From Takakia lepidozioides (Eukaryota > Plantae > Bryophyta): DNA of 64,000 nt. Shown one piece after another: positions 49,085-61,861 of this stretch; position 1 is the first letter of the stretch; every line of letters begins with the position of its first letter. The stretch lies in NCBI GenBank assembly GCA_030704615.1, contig CM060733.1:26474001-26538000 (forward strand), read 5' to 3'. The position numbers were made by a program, and so were the translations under genes. The notes beneath the pieces were generated by a model. The model saw only the letters and a list, made by a program, of their open reading frames with translations, did not search any database and was not told the DNA's origin.

Positions 49085-51234
49085 GCGGTGTTACAGAGGG
49101 TTACATGGTGGTGAGGGTTACAGAGGGTCAGAGAGGGTTACATGGAGTGAGGGTTACATAGGGGTGAGGGTGACACTCTGCGGTGTACAGAGGGTTACAT
49201 GGTGGTGAGGGTTACAAAGGGTCACAGAGGGTTACATGGGTTATAGAGGGTTACATGGAGTGAGGGTTACATAAGGGGTGAGGGCGACACTCTGCGGTGT
49301 TACAAAGGGTTACATAGGTTACAAAGCCACAGAGGGTTTGTGAGGGTTACATGGAGTGAGGGTTACATGGTGGCGAGGGTGACACTCTGCGGTGTTACAG
49401 AGGGTTACATGGTGGTAAGGGTTACACCTGGTGAGGGATATAGAGGGTCACAGAGGGTTACATGGGTTACAGAGGGTTACATGGTGGTGAGGGTTACAGA
49501 GGGTCACAGAGGGTTACATGGAATGAGGGTTACATAGGGTGAGGGTGACACTCTGCGGTGTTACAGAGGGTTACATGGTGGTGAGGGTTACAAAGGGTCA
49601 TAGAGGGTTACATGGGTTATAGAGGGTTACATGGAGTGAGGGTTACATAAGGGGTGAGGGCGACACTCTGCAGTGTTACATAGGGTTACATAGGTTACAA
49701 AGCCACAGAGGGTTTGTGAGGGTTACATGGAGTGAGGGTTACATGGTGGCGAGGGTGACACTCTGCGGTGTTACAGAGGGTTACATGGAGGTAAGGGTTA
49801 CACCTAGTGAGGGATATAGAGGGTCAGAGAGGGTTACATGGGTTACAAAGGGTTACATGGTGGTGAGGGTTATAGAGGGTCAGAGAGGGTTACATGGAAT
49901 GAGGGTTACATAGGGGTGAGGGTGACACTCTGCGGTGTTACAGAGGGTTACATGGTGGTGAGGGTTACAAAGGGTCACAGAGGGTTACATGGGTTAGAAA
50001 GGGTTACATGGAGTGAGGGTTACATAAGGGGTGAGGGCGACACTCTACGGTGTTACAGAGGGTTACATAGGTTACAGAGCCACAGAGGGTTTGTGAGGGT
50101 TACATGGTGGTGAGGGTGACACTCTGCGGTGTTACAGAGGGTTACATAGAGGTAAGGGTTACACCTGGTGAGGGATATAGAGGGTCACAGAGGGTTACAT
50201 AGGTTACAGAGGGTTACATGGTGGTGAGGGTTACAAAGGGTCATAGAGGGTTACATGGGTTACATGGAGTGAGGGTTACATAAGGGTGAGGGCGACACTC
50301 TGCGTGGTTACAGAGGGTTACATGGGTTACAAAGCCACAGAGGGTTTGTGAGGGTTACATGGAGTGAGGGTTACATGGGATGAGGGTGACACTCTGCGGT
50401 GTCACAGAGGGTTTGTGAGGGTTACAGAGGGTTACATGGTGGCGAGGGTGACACTCTGCGGTGTTACAGAGGGTTACATGGTGGTAAGGGTTACACTTGG
50501 TGAGGGATATAGAGGGTCACAGAGGGTTACATGGGTTACAGAGGGTTACATGGTGGTGAGGGTTAAAGAGGGTCAGAGAGGGTTACATGGAGTGAGGGTT
50601 ACATACGGGTGAGGGTGACACTCTGCGGTGTTACAGAGGGTTACATGGTGGTGAGGGTTACAAAGGGTCACAGAGGGTTACATGGGTTACAGAGGGTCAC
50701 AGACGATTACATGGGTTACAAAGGGTTACAGAGGGTTACATGGAGTGAGGGTTACACTCTGCGGTGTTACAGAGGGTTACATGGGTTACAGAGGGTTACA
50801 TAGGGTTACATGGGTTGCAAAGTGTTACAGAGGGTTACATAGGGGTGGGGGTGACCCTCTGCGGTGTTATAGAGGGTTACATGGGTTACAGAGGGTTACA
50901 TGTAGTGAGGGTTACATAGGGGTGGGGGTGACACTCTGCGGTGTTATAGAGGGTTACATGGGTTACAGAGGGTTACATGGGGGTGATGGTTGAACCCGGG
51001 GCGGGGGTTACAGGGAACTGGCGGACTGCTGGAAGCGGCGGACTGGTGTCGCAGAACGACAACGCAGGGGGCGACGACGCCGATGGGATGAGGGCGGGGG
51101 TGGGGAGGGATTGACCGAGCCCAGCCGACTGCCTTTCGATGTCTGCCGGAGGCGAAGAACCGGCGGTACGGTGTCAGGGTTGGACCGTCCTGACGCGCTT
51201 GCATTAAGTTCTTACATTATTCCTATTATCTTCC
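49085..51234 (-). repeat. Right long TIR: GAGGGTTACA minisatellite plus unique terminus (inverted copy of left TIR)
   Basis: Same modules in reverse complement. 50975-51234 is a near-identical inverted copy of 4215-4470 (ORFs 4245..4442 + and 50944..51204 - start alike: MQARQDGP). Confidence 0.92.
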
Positions 51235-52088
51235 GTTTAGAGGGGTACATTTGAATTTAGGTGAGAAAAATTTGAATTTGAATTTGAAATTCAAAAACTT
51301 GTTGACCATTGACGCCGACTCTATCCAATGGTAGTACGTTCATTGTTCTACATATATTAGGCAATGCATACTTACCTAGGACCTCCACGTTATAACATTT
51401 TTAAGACACTACAGACTAATCAACACACCTATGATACATCTATGTATCACAAAAGCAGTCTAAGTGCATATATACATATCAAAGATTTCTTTCAAGTTCT
51501 TTCTAAGGGGGTCCCTCTTGTGACGCCGAGGAGTTGCAACCTCCGCAGCCTTAGTGCCTAGCCCAAGCCCCAGCGTCGTCGCAGTTGCTGCAGCCCTAGC
51601 GCAAGGCGCCCCAAGCGACGTCCTTGTGATGCCCTAAACTAGCTACGACACCGTTGCGACCCCCTGGCGTCGCCCAACGACGCTTTTAGTGACGTTGGGG
51701 ACCGCAAGGCCCCAAAAAAACAAAAAAAAAAACCTCTGTGGCGATGCCATTGCGACCCCCGGCGTCGCAGCATTGGGCGCCCAACGCGGGGCACCCCAAC
51801 GACGCTTTTGCGACGCCGGGGGGTTGTAATGCCAAAAAAAAAAACCTGTCGCAATCCCCCGCGGCGACGCACCACCGTCGCATGTCTCGGTGCCCTTGGG
51901 GACCCCTTTCCCCCTTCATGCCACCTTCCGACGGCTGAGCGTCGAAGCGGGGCCCGACGTCGCAAAATAGGGGCCGCGGGGGGGTGGCGTCGCAAGCCCA
52001 GCGCCGCCACCAGCGTGGGGGCGCGACTGGCGTCGCTAAACCCCCACCCCCTCCCCCATTTGTAGCAGTGATTAAGCCAAAACTAGTG

Positions 52089-52800
52089 TTATACACCATA
52101 TATATAGTTATAGCTTGAATGCTTATAAGTTGCTTTGAAAATGCATCCAGTCCCAAACTTTGGTTGGAACTGTTGCATGTACAGTACATCCAAATGAACT
52201 CGATGGCCAACATATTTACCCTGTACGACGAATCTACACCCATGCGAAAGAATTTGATCAACTGTTCTTGAAAAGTCTGCAAAATCTTGAACTATTACAT
52301 GAGGCACCAGCTACCCAGATGCAGTTACATCGTTAGCATGATCGTTAGAGACAAAACGAGATTGTACTCCTTCACATAATATATAGGATGCCTTTGTGCC
52401 TTTGTGTTTATTTACTTCGTCATGAACGTTGATGTGTAGTGCAACACTAAAAGATCTTCGAAGTTCAAACTTGAAAGAGCATGGACACAATCTTGAGCTC
52501 TTTCTACAAGCCCCATATGCTAGTCTCATGCTCGTGGGCATTAGGGACAAACTCGGACATCAAGTATTGGTTATATAGTCAACCAACATTTACCCCTGTG
52601 GTATGGGTTGACTGGAAGTTGTGAGTTCAAACCACATGTTAGATGTCATAAAGGTGTCCATCCATTTTTTTCAAATTCGTCATGGATGGTTGGTTCTACC
52701 GGCTCGTCCTTTCCAATCCGTACTACAAAAAAGTGATATTTGTAAAACTTTTCATCTGAAGTTTGTACCACCGTTGCTCTCATATTACATTTTTCACAAT
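52089..52800 (-). pseudogene. Possible highly decayed hAT transposase remnant
   Basis: Only weak peptides in hAT order: FMTSNMW, PTSMRLAYGA, EQLIKFFRMG, PSSSFGC. Confidence 0.3.
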
Positions 52801-53059
52801 GATACTACAGTCTAAGTTTTTGATTTTGTAAAAAATCTCGTTATCTAGGTCCAGTCGTTTATGAAGTCCCAATACAAATACACCATAGAATGAACGACAT
52901 ATGTCCCTTGCCATTGTGCAGGCACCCCTATATGTAGTTGTAAAAAATATATAATTGGAGCATATGATCATATCCGGGTCGTAACCCTATTTTTATTTAG
53001 TGCGGTATCCACAAAATAAGGACACGCGGTAGCTACTCTTTTTGACGTTGGTTTAAAAC

Positions 53060-54105
53060 TCTCAAATGACATGGCACCTATGATTAGGGGATAAGAGGAG
53101 GATATGAAGGTTATCCCCTATCAAGATGTAGTTGGGAGTTTAATGTACTACATGGTTTGTACTAGGCCAGACATTGCCTACTCAGTGGAAGTGGTGCACA
53201 ATTTCTTTCAAACCCATGACATACCCATTGGCTATGGTAACAAGATTTTTTCGATATCTCATAATTTATGGCCGAAAGGAGAGTCCAAAGTTGGTTGGGT
53301 TTACAGATGCAGATTGGGCAGGAGATATTGATAATAGAAGATCACTTCAGGCCATTGCTTTGTTCTAGTAGGTGGCGCGGTATCTTGATCTAGCAAACGA
53401 CAAACTTAAACAGCTCTTTCGTCAACAAAAACTGAGTTAGCTATACAAGCAACAAAGGAAGTTGTTTGGTTACTGAAGCTATTTGGAGATTTGGGGCATC
53501 TATAACCGCACCCAACAACTCTATATTGTGACAATCAAAGTGCGATTGCATTAAGTCAAAACCCAAAATACCTTTCAAGGACTAAGCACATTGAGGTTCA
53601 ACATCACTACGTTCGAGAGGTTGTAGGCAAAGGAGAAATCGAAGTGGTATGTTATTCTACAGAAGACATGGTTGCAGATGTTTTGACAAAAAACCTACCC
53701 AAGCCAAAATACATCAAGTGTTCACTCGAACTTGGTGTAATGTCTCTAAAGACATTGGAAGGTTGAGATTACGTGATTATCTCGCTGAGAGAGGGTGTTG
53801 GAAAACAGCTCCATATTCAACAAATCTACAACTTGACTTGTAGATAAAGTTAGAGAGATTTCTATTTAGAGAGGCCTTTGTCTTAAAGTTAAAACTAGTC
53901 CATTATGTGACTAAATAACATATATGTAGTAAAAATAAGTTTAAAAGACAAGTCTCTAGTAGCAGTGCTTTTAGCCTAGCTAGAACCATACAAGAAGCTC
54001 AAGGTGAAGCCATACATCAATCAATTGTTCTTGCTCTGTGCTTCTATGGCTGGGGGAGAGCTTTTGTACAATCCTCATTTATTGTTCTATCTTCATTTTT
54101 CAACA
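53060..54105 (+). mobile_element. 3' part of a Ty1/Copia element: RT end, RNase H, PPT and 3' LTR (53796-54105)
   Basis: PYQDVVGSLMY..CTRPDIAY, GFTDADWAGD, YCDNQSAIAL...RTKHIEV.HHYVRE, MVADVLTK. Purine tract GAGAGAGGG lies immediately before TGTTG (53796); the LTR ends CAACA (54105). Confidence 0.85.
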
Positions 54106-54182
54106 CCGACCCCAACCCCACTCTCATCTCTCTACAGAGATCCTTTCAGTCTTATTTGCTCAGGGCTGGCCACTTCACATAC

Positions 54183-54202
54183 ATATATATATATATATAT
54201 AT
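54183..54202. repeat. (AT)n microsatellite
   Basis: Direct reading of the sequence. Confidence 0.9.
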
Positions 54203-54619
54203 AACCCTGCCACCTTTTTTTACACATGTTTGACCCGATTCTGGCAGATAACCCCGGGTTACTTTTCTCCAGTAGGGTTACGGCCTGGGTTATAGTAGGG
54301 CGAGCTTGTCTAACCCGGGTTGAACCTGGTGGGTAGGGTTGTGGGCGGGGTTGGGCGGGTCCTCGGGTGCTGGTCCACATGGTGCTGCGCTGGGAGGTGG
54401 GCGATCCTTGGCAGGGGAGCATCCAAGCTCGCGGAGTGGACGCCACTCCACCCTGACGCTGGAGTCGTCGCTTGCCTGCAAGGCGTCATATGGTGTGCGC
54501 GCTACTGTGTCGTATAAAGAGGCTGCAGATGCTTTTGTTTTTCAGAGTTATTTTAGAAGGGTATGATTTTGAGGGAGTGATTCTATATCCTGCATGAATT
54601 GAGCTCCAAGGAGGCCACA

Positions 54620-57600
54620 ATGCTGACTAAGTTTGAGACGAAGAGTAATCGAGTGAAAGGCCTGAGCTTCCATCCGCGCCGACCATGGATTCTGTCCAGC
54701 TTGCACAGCGGGGTGATCCAGCTGTGGGACTACCGCATGGGCACTCTCATCGACAGGTTCGATGAGCATGAAGGTCCTGTACGGGGTGTCCACTTCCACA
54801 AATCACAACCCCTCTTTGTATCTGGAGGTTTGCACTCTCATCCCTGTGTGTGTTATGTGTTGTGCCTGTTTCTTGCATTTTCATACTCGCGAATTGATTC
54901 CATGAGCTCTTAGGGTGATGGGGTGAGCAGAAAACTTATGAGAGTGGAATTTTAGTGTCTTGGGGGCAGAATGACCTCACTGCAACAATGTCTTGAGCAA
55001 GTTGCTGCTGGAGAGTTGAGCATGCCAAGAAAACATAACCTGGGATGTCAAATGCAGGGGATGATTACAAGATAAAGGTATGGAACTACAAGGTGCGGCG
55101 CTGCCTTTTCACTCTGCTTGGCCACCTTGATTACATTCGAACAGTCCAATTCCACCATGAGTATCCGTGGATCGTAAGTGCAAGCGACGACCAGACTATT
55201 CGCATCTGGAACTGGCAGTCACGTACATGCATTTCAGTGCTCACAGGGCACAATCACTATGTGATGTGCGCATCCTTCCACACAAAGGAGGACTTGGTTG
55301 TATCAGCATCCTTGGATCAGACGGTGCGCGTATGGGACATTGGTGCATTAAGAAAAAAAACTGTGGCTCCAGCGGAGGACATTTTGCGGCTGACACAGAT
55401 GAATACAGATCTGTTTGGGGGGGGGGATTCGGTGGTAAAGTACGTTCTGGAGGGCCATGATCGGGGCGTTAACTGGGCAGCCTTTCATCCCACGCTCCCT
55501 CTCATTGTATCTGGAGCCGATGATCGTCAAGTAAAGTTATGGCGCATGAATGGTGAGCAATTCTCTACGGCTCCCCCACCTAAGGGATGTTTCTGGCGTG
55601 GTTGCAAGTTGCAATCAGGAGCCCCTCATGTAATGTTGTGATTGGCGCATTGGTCCTTGGGTGAAATCCAGATTGTTGGATCCCATGGTGGATGCCGAGG
55701 GGATTCCCTGCCCTAAGCTTACCCTTGGTAGGCCAAGACTATATAGAACTGATTTGTTGAGAGATAAGTGCATGTTGATGGCTTTTGGTCCGTTGATGGC
55801 AGTTTGGCCATTGCCAAACAGGTGTGATCAGACCTTCCAGAAGCTTGAGGGTTGCTGATTTTTTATTTCTGTTCCACAAAGCTCTTCCTCTCACTGATAC
55901 TCTCAACTGATACTTTTGTCCAGATACCAAGGCATGGGAGGTGGATACTCTTCGTGGCCACATGAACAACGTATCATGTGTGATCTTCCATGCACGACAA
56001 GATATAATTGTCTCAAACTCCGAGGACAAGAGCATCCGAGTGTGGGATATGTCCAAGCGCACTGGTGTTCAAAACTTTCGAAGAGAGCATGATCGGTTTT
56101 GGATCCTGTCAGCCCACCCAGAGATGAATCTACTTGCAGCTGGACATGATAGTGGAATGTTGGTTTTTAAGTTGGAAAGAGAGAGGCCAGCCTTTGCTGT
56201 ACATGGAGGCGTCCTATATTATGTGAAGGAGCGCTATCTCCGCACATATGACTTTGCTTCGGGGAAAGATAACCCACTGATTTCTATCCGGCGATCTGGA
56301 TCAATGGGCATGAATCAAGGACCCCGATCTCTGTCGTATAACCCAGCAGAGAATGCAGTGTTGCTCTGTTCAGATGTTGATGGGGGTTCTTATGAGCTTT
56401 ATATCATTCCCAAGGAGACCAGTGGCAGGAGTGAAAACCCCCAGGACGCCAAGAGGGGGCTTGGCTCATCTGCAGTGTTTGTGGCACGCAACAGATTTGC
56501 AGTTCTGGACAAGAATAACAATCAGGTAGACGTTTCACAAACTGTGCTGTTCTCTTGGGGCACTTTATACAGGATCCAAATGAAGCTAAAGTGTGTGTTT
56601 CCTTCAGCAATTGTTCGCACAGGGTTGCCTAGCCAGCAGTGAAAACAGTAGGCATCTTCTGGCTGTTGTCCTTGTTGTGGGGCATCATAACAGGCTATCG
56701 CAGTTATGGCTGCCACTGAGTCACCATTTTTTAGAGAGACAGTAGATTGAGTGATTGCTACGGAAAGTCACAACTTTGTGTTATTAACAAGCCAAATAGG
56801 TTTAAAAAGTTCACATCTCTAGGATGCCGCAGCAAGATCTCCCCACTTGTGGTAACTAGAAGAGCTTCAGTACCCGGTACCCTTTCATCATGGGTGGCCT
56901 TGGTAATGGGTATAATATGAAGTGTTGCTGTAACTGACTTCTTATTGCACCAGGTTTTGATCAAGAACTTGCGAAATGAAGTAACCAAGAAGTGCATTCT
57001 TCCTTTCGCAACGACAGATATGGTGTTCTATGCCGGTCTGGGTAACCTGCTATGCCGAGTTGAAGAGAAAGTAGTTCTGTTTGACGTGCAGCAAAGGAAC
57101 ATGCTTGGGGAACTGAACACCCCTTTTGTGAAGTACGTGGTGTGGGCCACTGACATGGAGCTGGTTGCCCTACTCAGCAAGCATGCCATCATCATTGCTA
57201 GCAAGAAGCTCGTGCACAAGTGCACTGTGCATGAAACCATCCGTGTGAAGAGTGGGGCATGGGATGAGTCAGGCGTATTCATTTACACCACACTCAATCA
57301 TATCAAGTACTGCTTGCCCAATGGGGACAGTGGGATCATACGCACCCTTGATGTTCCTGTCTACATCACCAAAGTGTCTGGAAGCTCAATCTACTGTTTG
57401 GATCGAGATGGCAAGAGCCGGGTCATTGAGATTGATACCACTGAATATACCTTCAAACTTGCTCTCATCCAAAAGAAATTTGACCAGGTTGACACATCTT
57501 AACTCTCTTAAATGTACAAGTTTGCTGTAGTTCACTTGTTGGTTCTGTTCCAAATAATAACTTGGATCTGAGGGTTTTGTTTGTGCCTGCCACACGCCAA

Positions 57601-60600
57601 TTGTGCAGGTACTACAAATGATACAGAGCTTGCAGCTGTGTGGACAGTCCATCATTGCATACCTACAGGAAAAAGGCTTCCCTGAGGTGGCATTGCACTT
57701 TGTAAAGGATGAGCACACACGCTTCAACTTAGCTGTAGAGTGTGGCAACACTGCAGTTGCAGTGGCATCAGCCAAGGAGATTGATGAGAAGGATTGCTGG
57801 CACCGGCTTGGTGTGGAGGCACTACGGCAGGTACTGCCTGTCTTAACCTCAAGTGATCCTGTCATCATTCATATGTCATCCACATAACCCAACTCTGATG
57901 GACAATATTGTTAAGGACAGTAAGTACTCCTTTAGCATGCAACTGTGCACACTGTGTATCTGAGTATGGTCCAGCAATGCATCAATCATGGAGGATATTG
58001 GAGGCGCACAGCTCCTGTTAGAGAAAGGGGCGGGTAGGAGGAGATGCTGGAGTATTTGCTGACTGAGACTCAATAAGAGATTCAGAACATTGCTTTTACT
58101 ACCACTATAAAGGAAATGGGTTGAGATCTGAAAGGGGTCCGTGCTACATCATGTGGGCTAGTGTACAAGCTGCGCAGGCATCACATTGACATTGATGTCT
58201 CACTGATGAAATGGCTTTGTAGAAAGCAGCACAGTTGTTTGGCTGAGCTATGATTGTTACATGCATTTGATGACGTATTTGGAGAGAAAAGGAAAACGCT
58301 TAATTAGTATGTGAGGTCTTGTTCAATGCGTTGTAGACTTCTCTTTCCGTGGTGGTTACTGTTTTTTGTATGCTATGACCATGGAGCAGGGCAACCATGA
58401 GATTGTGGAATACGCCTATCAAAAGACCAAGAATTTTGAGCGCCTGTCTTTCTTGTACCTTATCACTGGAAATCTGGAAAAACTGTCAAAAATGCTGAAG
58501 ATTGCGGAGATGCGAGGTGATTTGATGGGTCGGTTTCACAATGCTCTGTACCTCGGGGACATCCAGGAGCGAGTGAAAATATTAGAGGAGTCAGGGCATC
58601 TGCCGCTGGCATATGCAACTTCAATGGTTCATGGACTGACAGAGGTGGCTGAGAGGCTTGAAGGACAGCTTGGGGATGCTCTCCCTGCTCTCCCTCCAGA
58701 AGATAAAAGAGTGTTGCTAGCACCCCCCCGGCCAATCCTTCGGGATAACAATTGGCCATTGTTGATGGTCAGCAAGGGCTTCTTTGAGGGTGCCTTTGCG
58801 GAGCCTGGTCTGGAGACAGAGATGGAGGAGGATGGGACTGCTGTGGCGTGGGGAGCAGAGCTTGACATTCCCGAGGCTGCAGCCGGCAGCACCAATGATG
58901 AGGTGGTCATGGTTGAAGCAGATGCAGAAAAGGGTGAGTCACTGGTGAAATATATATGCTTGTAGATCCATCCGTCTATTTAAGTACTTAAGTTGTATAT
59001 GACATTATCCAAATGAAATGGCCTCCAGTGGAATGACAAGCATTGAGTATGTGCTGATGCAAGGATTGCATGTGTCCTACAGGGGAGGATGAGGAGGCAG
59101 GCTGGGAGCTGGAAGACCTAGAACTTCCGCCTGATGCAGTGGTCTCTGACGTCGTGACCACTGAATCTGCTTATTTCGTAGCTCCCACTCCAGGTGTGCC
59201 AGTTAGTCAAGTCTGGGTCCAGAACTCATCACTTGCAGGAGAGCATGCAGCTGCAGGATCCTTTGATACAGCCATGCGTTTGCTGAACCGGCAGTTGGGT
59301 ATTAAGAACTTTGGGCCCCTGAAGGGCGTCTTCCTTGAGCTTCATCTGGCCAGTCAAACCTCACTCCCAACTATGTCATCGCTTCAAGTTCTTCCCTTGG
59401 CCCTGGAGAAAGGGTGGAGTGACACTGCTACCCCCAATGTGCGGGGCTCACCTGCAACCACAATCAAGCTTTCTTCACTGGAGGAAAAGTTGAAGCTTGC
59501 CTACAAGACAACCACAGAGGGCAAGCTCAATGAGGCTCTCAGGTACATTTTTATATCACACATTTGAACTGCTTATCTATAGGTTGTTACAACTCACATA
59601 TTGTGAGAGGCTACTTGAATTATTTGCTTGTGCATGGATGCCTAAAATTTTAATATGATTGGAAACTTGAAATTGGCCTGTGATGGCAAAGGGGATCTTA
59701 GTTATGCACGGATTGTTTCAGGATCTTCCTGGAGATATTGCACAACATTCCTATTCTGGTGGTGGATTCCCGAAGGGAAGTGGATGATGTTAAAGAACTG
59801 CTAGGTATCGCAAAAGAGTATACGCTTGCCCTTCGCATTGAGCTGAAGAGGAGGGAGCCTGCTCTGAAAGATGATCCGGTGCGACAGGCAGAACTTGCTG
59901 CGTATTTTTCACACTGTACTCTGCAGCCCACTCACCTGAAGCTGAGTCTGCAATCAGCCATGTCCATTTGCTTCAAATCAAAGAACTACAACACTGCAGC
60001 ATCATTTGCTCGGCGGTTGTTGGAGCTCAATGTATCCGCCACTGTTGCAACTAAGGCCCGCCAGGTATGATACTCTGGTGCTGATTTTGCCTTTTCACCT
60101 TGTATATGTGTTGAGTGAGGCAGTTTGAAGAAATCTGCATCTCCATCATCATGTCACATCCCAGACTCAATCATATATTGGAAGGCTGCATTGAGAGAGT
60201 ATATCTTTTGATCATTTCAAAGCCACATATCTCTAGAATGATCTTATTCACATCACTCGGACTGAGCAGTGTTCAGAATGGCATACAGGGCTGCAAGTGC
60301 AACCCTTTTGTAAATAACAGCGAAGTGTGTACCTGGTGACAAATGTTGATTGATTGCTTGCAGGTTGTGCAATTGGCTGAGAGGAATCCTAAGGATGAGA
60401 TGCGACTGAATTATGATCCTCGCAATCCATTTGTAGTTTGTGGGGCCACTTTCACCCCAATTTTACGGGGTACCCAGGATGTCGCTTGCCCATATTGCAA
60501 AGCTCGGTTTGTCCCAGCAATAGCAAGTAGATTGTGTGCCATTTGTGATCTTGCCATTGTGGGTGCTGATGCATCAGGTTTGTTGTGCTCTGCTACACAA

Positions 60601-60609
60601 GTCCGGTAG
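54620..60609 (+). CDS. COPA: Coatomer subunit alpha (alpha-COP), 9 exons
   Basis: [19 protein letters not shown] start, WD40 repeats, C-terminal [14 protein letters not shown]...CPYC...[16 protein letters not shown]. Exons 54620-54827, 55058-55552, 55924-56525, 56954-57487, 57609-57830, 58390-58933, 59083-59542, 59722-60064, 60364-60609, all GT-AG. Confidence 0.97.
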
Positions 60610-61861
60610 TCCTCTACAATTGGGTCCTGTTTGTGGATATCAGTCAGCATTTCGTTTTCCCAAGGGAGGTGGAAACAGGTAGAGTTTTTTTTTGATGATT
60701 ACACTTAAGTTTCAACATATATAAGCACCCTTCATCTGGTACCCCTCATTGACAAGGGGTTGGGACAGAACAACTTGAGGAAAAGGAAAGAGAGAGAGAG
60801 ATGCAGATTTGCAATATGGTCATGGTACTTTCACTATTGCATAAGATTGGTCAAGCTCCTAACATATCAGTAGTATTGATAATCCGCTATTTGTGCAACT
60901 GCAAAGTATTGATGTTGTGAGGAAAAATTTTGTGGAGGAAGAGTAGAAAGGTAGTGTGGTGTAGATATGGTTTTGACAGTTGCTTATAAATCGTACTGTA
61001 TATATTTAGTATTTATTATCCAATCATTATCCATATTCATTTTGTGTTTTGGCTGGATTTTTCGGTATTTATTAGTGGGGTGGGTAATATCGTATGTACA
61101 GTTTCCAACTTTTACCAGAATTGTAGAAATAGTATCAAGATATATATTTTTGGTGTTTGGATAGATTGCTTTTGCAGGTGTCTTTTTTCCCAGCGAGGTA
61201 ATTGTGGTGAGTCAAAATAACTGATCTGTGGAGTGCGAATGGTCCATTTGCGGCATTTGCAAATGCCAGACTCCTCCACAACCAGTGCCAATGTACAGAT
61301 TGCAGCAACCAAGTTTTAAGTAAACTTCCATGACCTACTCAACAGCACGACTCAAATTCGGAAATTCATCTCAATGGATAAATCTGCAGTAGTCCAGGGT
61401 TTCTTCCTGACAGTTTATTCACATCAGATGTAGTACCTGAGAAATGTCCTTGTATCTGAAGTACCCAACATGGCACCCACTATAACCACTATTTGCCCAT
61501 CTTACCATTGCATCTGTCTTGTTGGTGAGAATTAGCTTAGGAAAATGCCCAATCCCTCACCGAGAAGTGGTCGGCCGAAGTATTTCATCTGGGGCACCAA
61601 ACCATCCAGTGAGAAGAGTGCTTTTCACTAGAGTCTGCAAGGTAGAAAAGGGGAACCTTTAACAACTCTACAGCAGCCTCCTCCAAAAACCACGAAATTG
61701 CGTGGGAGGGGATTTATAGTGAAGGAAATTGGCTGTTTTTCCTTAGTGCCAAGATACAACACCAACGCTCCAAACTGGGGAGCAACTAGCAGGCCAAGGA
61801 AATTGCTCCTATTAGACCTGCTCTTGGCATGGCAATTTCACTCACCAACCTCAAGGAAACA

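Larger units (their letters stand above)
4215..51234. mobile_element. Giant Mutator/Foldback-type DNA transposon, 47,020 bp (~16.9 kb without its two nested insertions)
   Basis: Termini GGAAGATAATAGGAATAATGTAAGAACTTAATGCAAGCGCGTCAGG (4215) and its reverse complement ending at 51234. 9-bp flanks GTTTAGGGG (4206-4214) and GTTTAGAGG (51235-51243) match 8/9. Encodes a MULE DDE-SWIM transposase and a Ulp1 protease. Confidence 0.9.
3915..52070. mobile_element. Non-autonomous CACTA element (~1.1 kb once the insertion is removed), split by the giant MULE
   Basis: Left end CACTACAAGAAAA is the classical En/Spm TIR, followed by G-run-TTTAGC. Right end GCTAAA-C-run-ATTTGTAGCAGTG gives a 9/13 TIR match. 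Both subtermini are packed with GCGACG/CGTCGC motifs. The 3-bp flanks (TGG vs ATT) do not match, so pairing of the two ends is inferred. Confidence 0.6.

Noticed and set aside
3912-52073. 3-bp TSD for the outermost CACTA
   Set aside because: The flanks are TGG and ATT, so no duplication is visible and that element's pairing is left at moderate confidence.
2649-53760. The two Copia fragments as halves of one element split by the nest
   Set aside because: They are on opposite strands and are separated from the nest by unrelated sequence.
54203-54340. Small MITE in the COPA promoter (AACCCTGCCACC ... GGTGGGTAGGGTT)
   Set aside because: The inverted match is short and imperfect and has no clear TSD.
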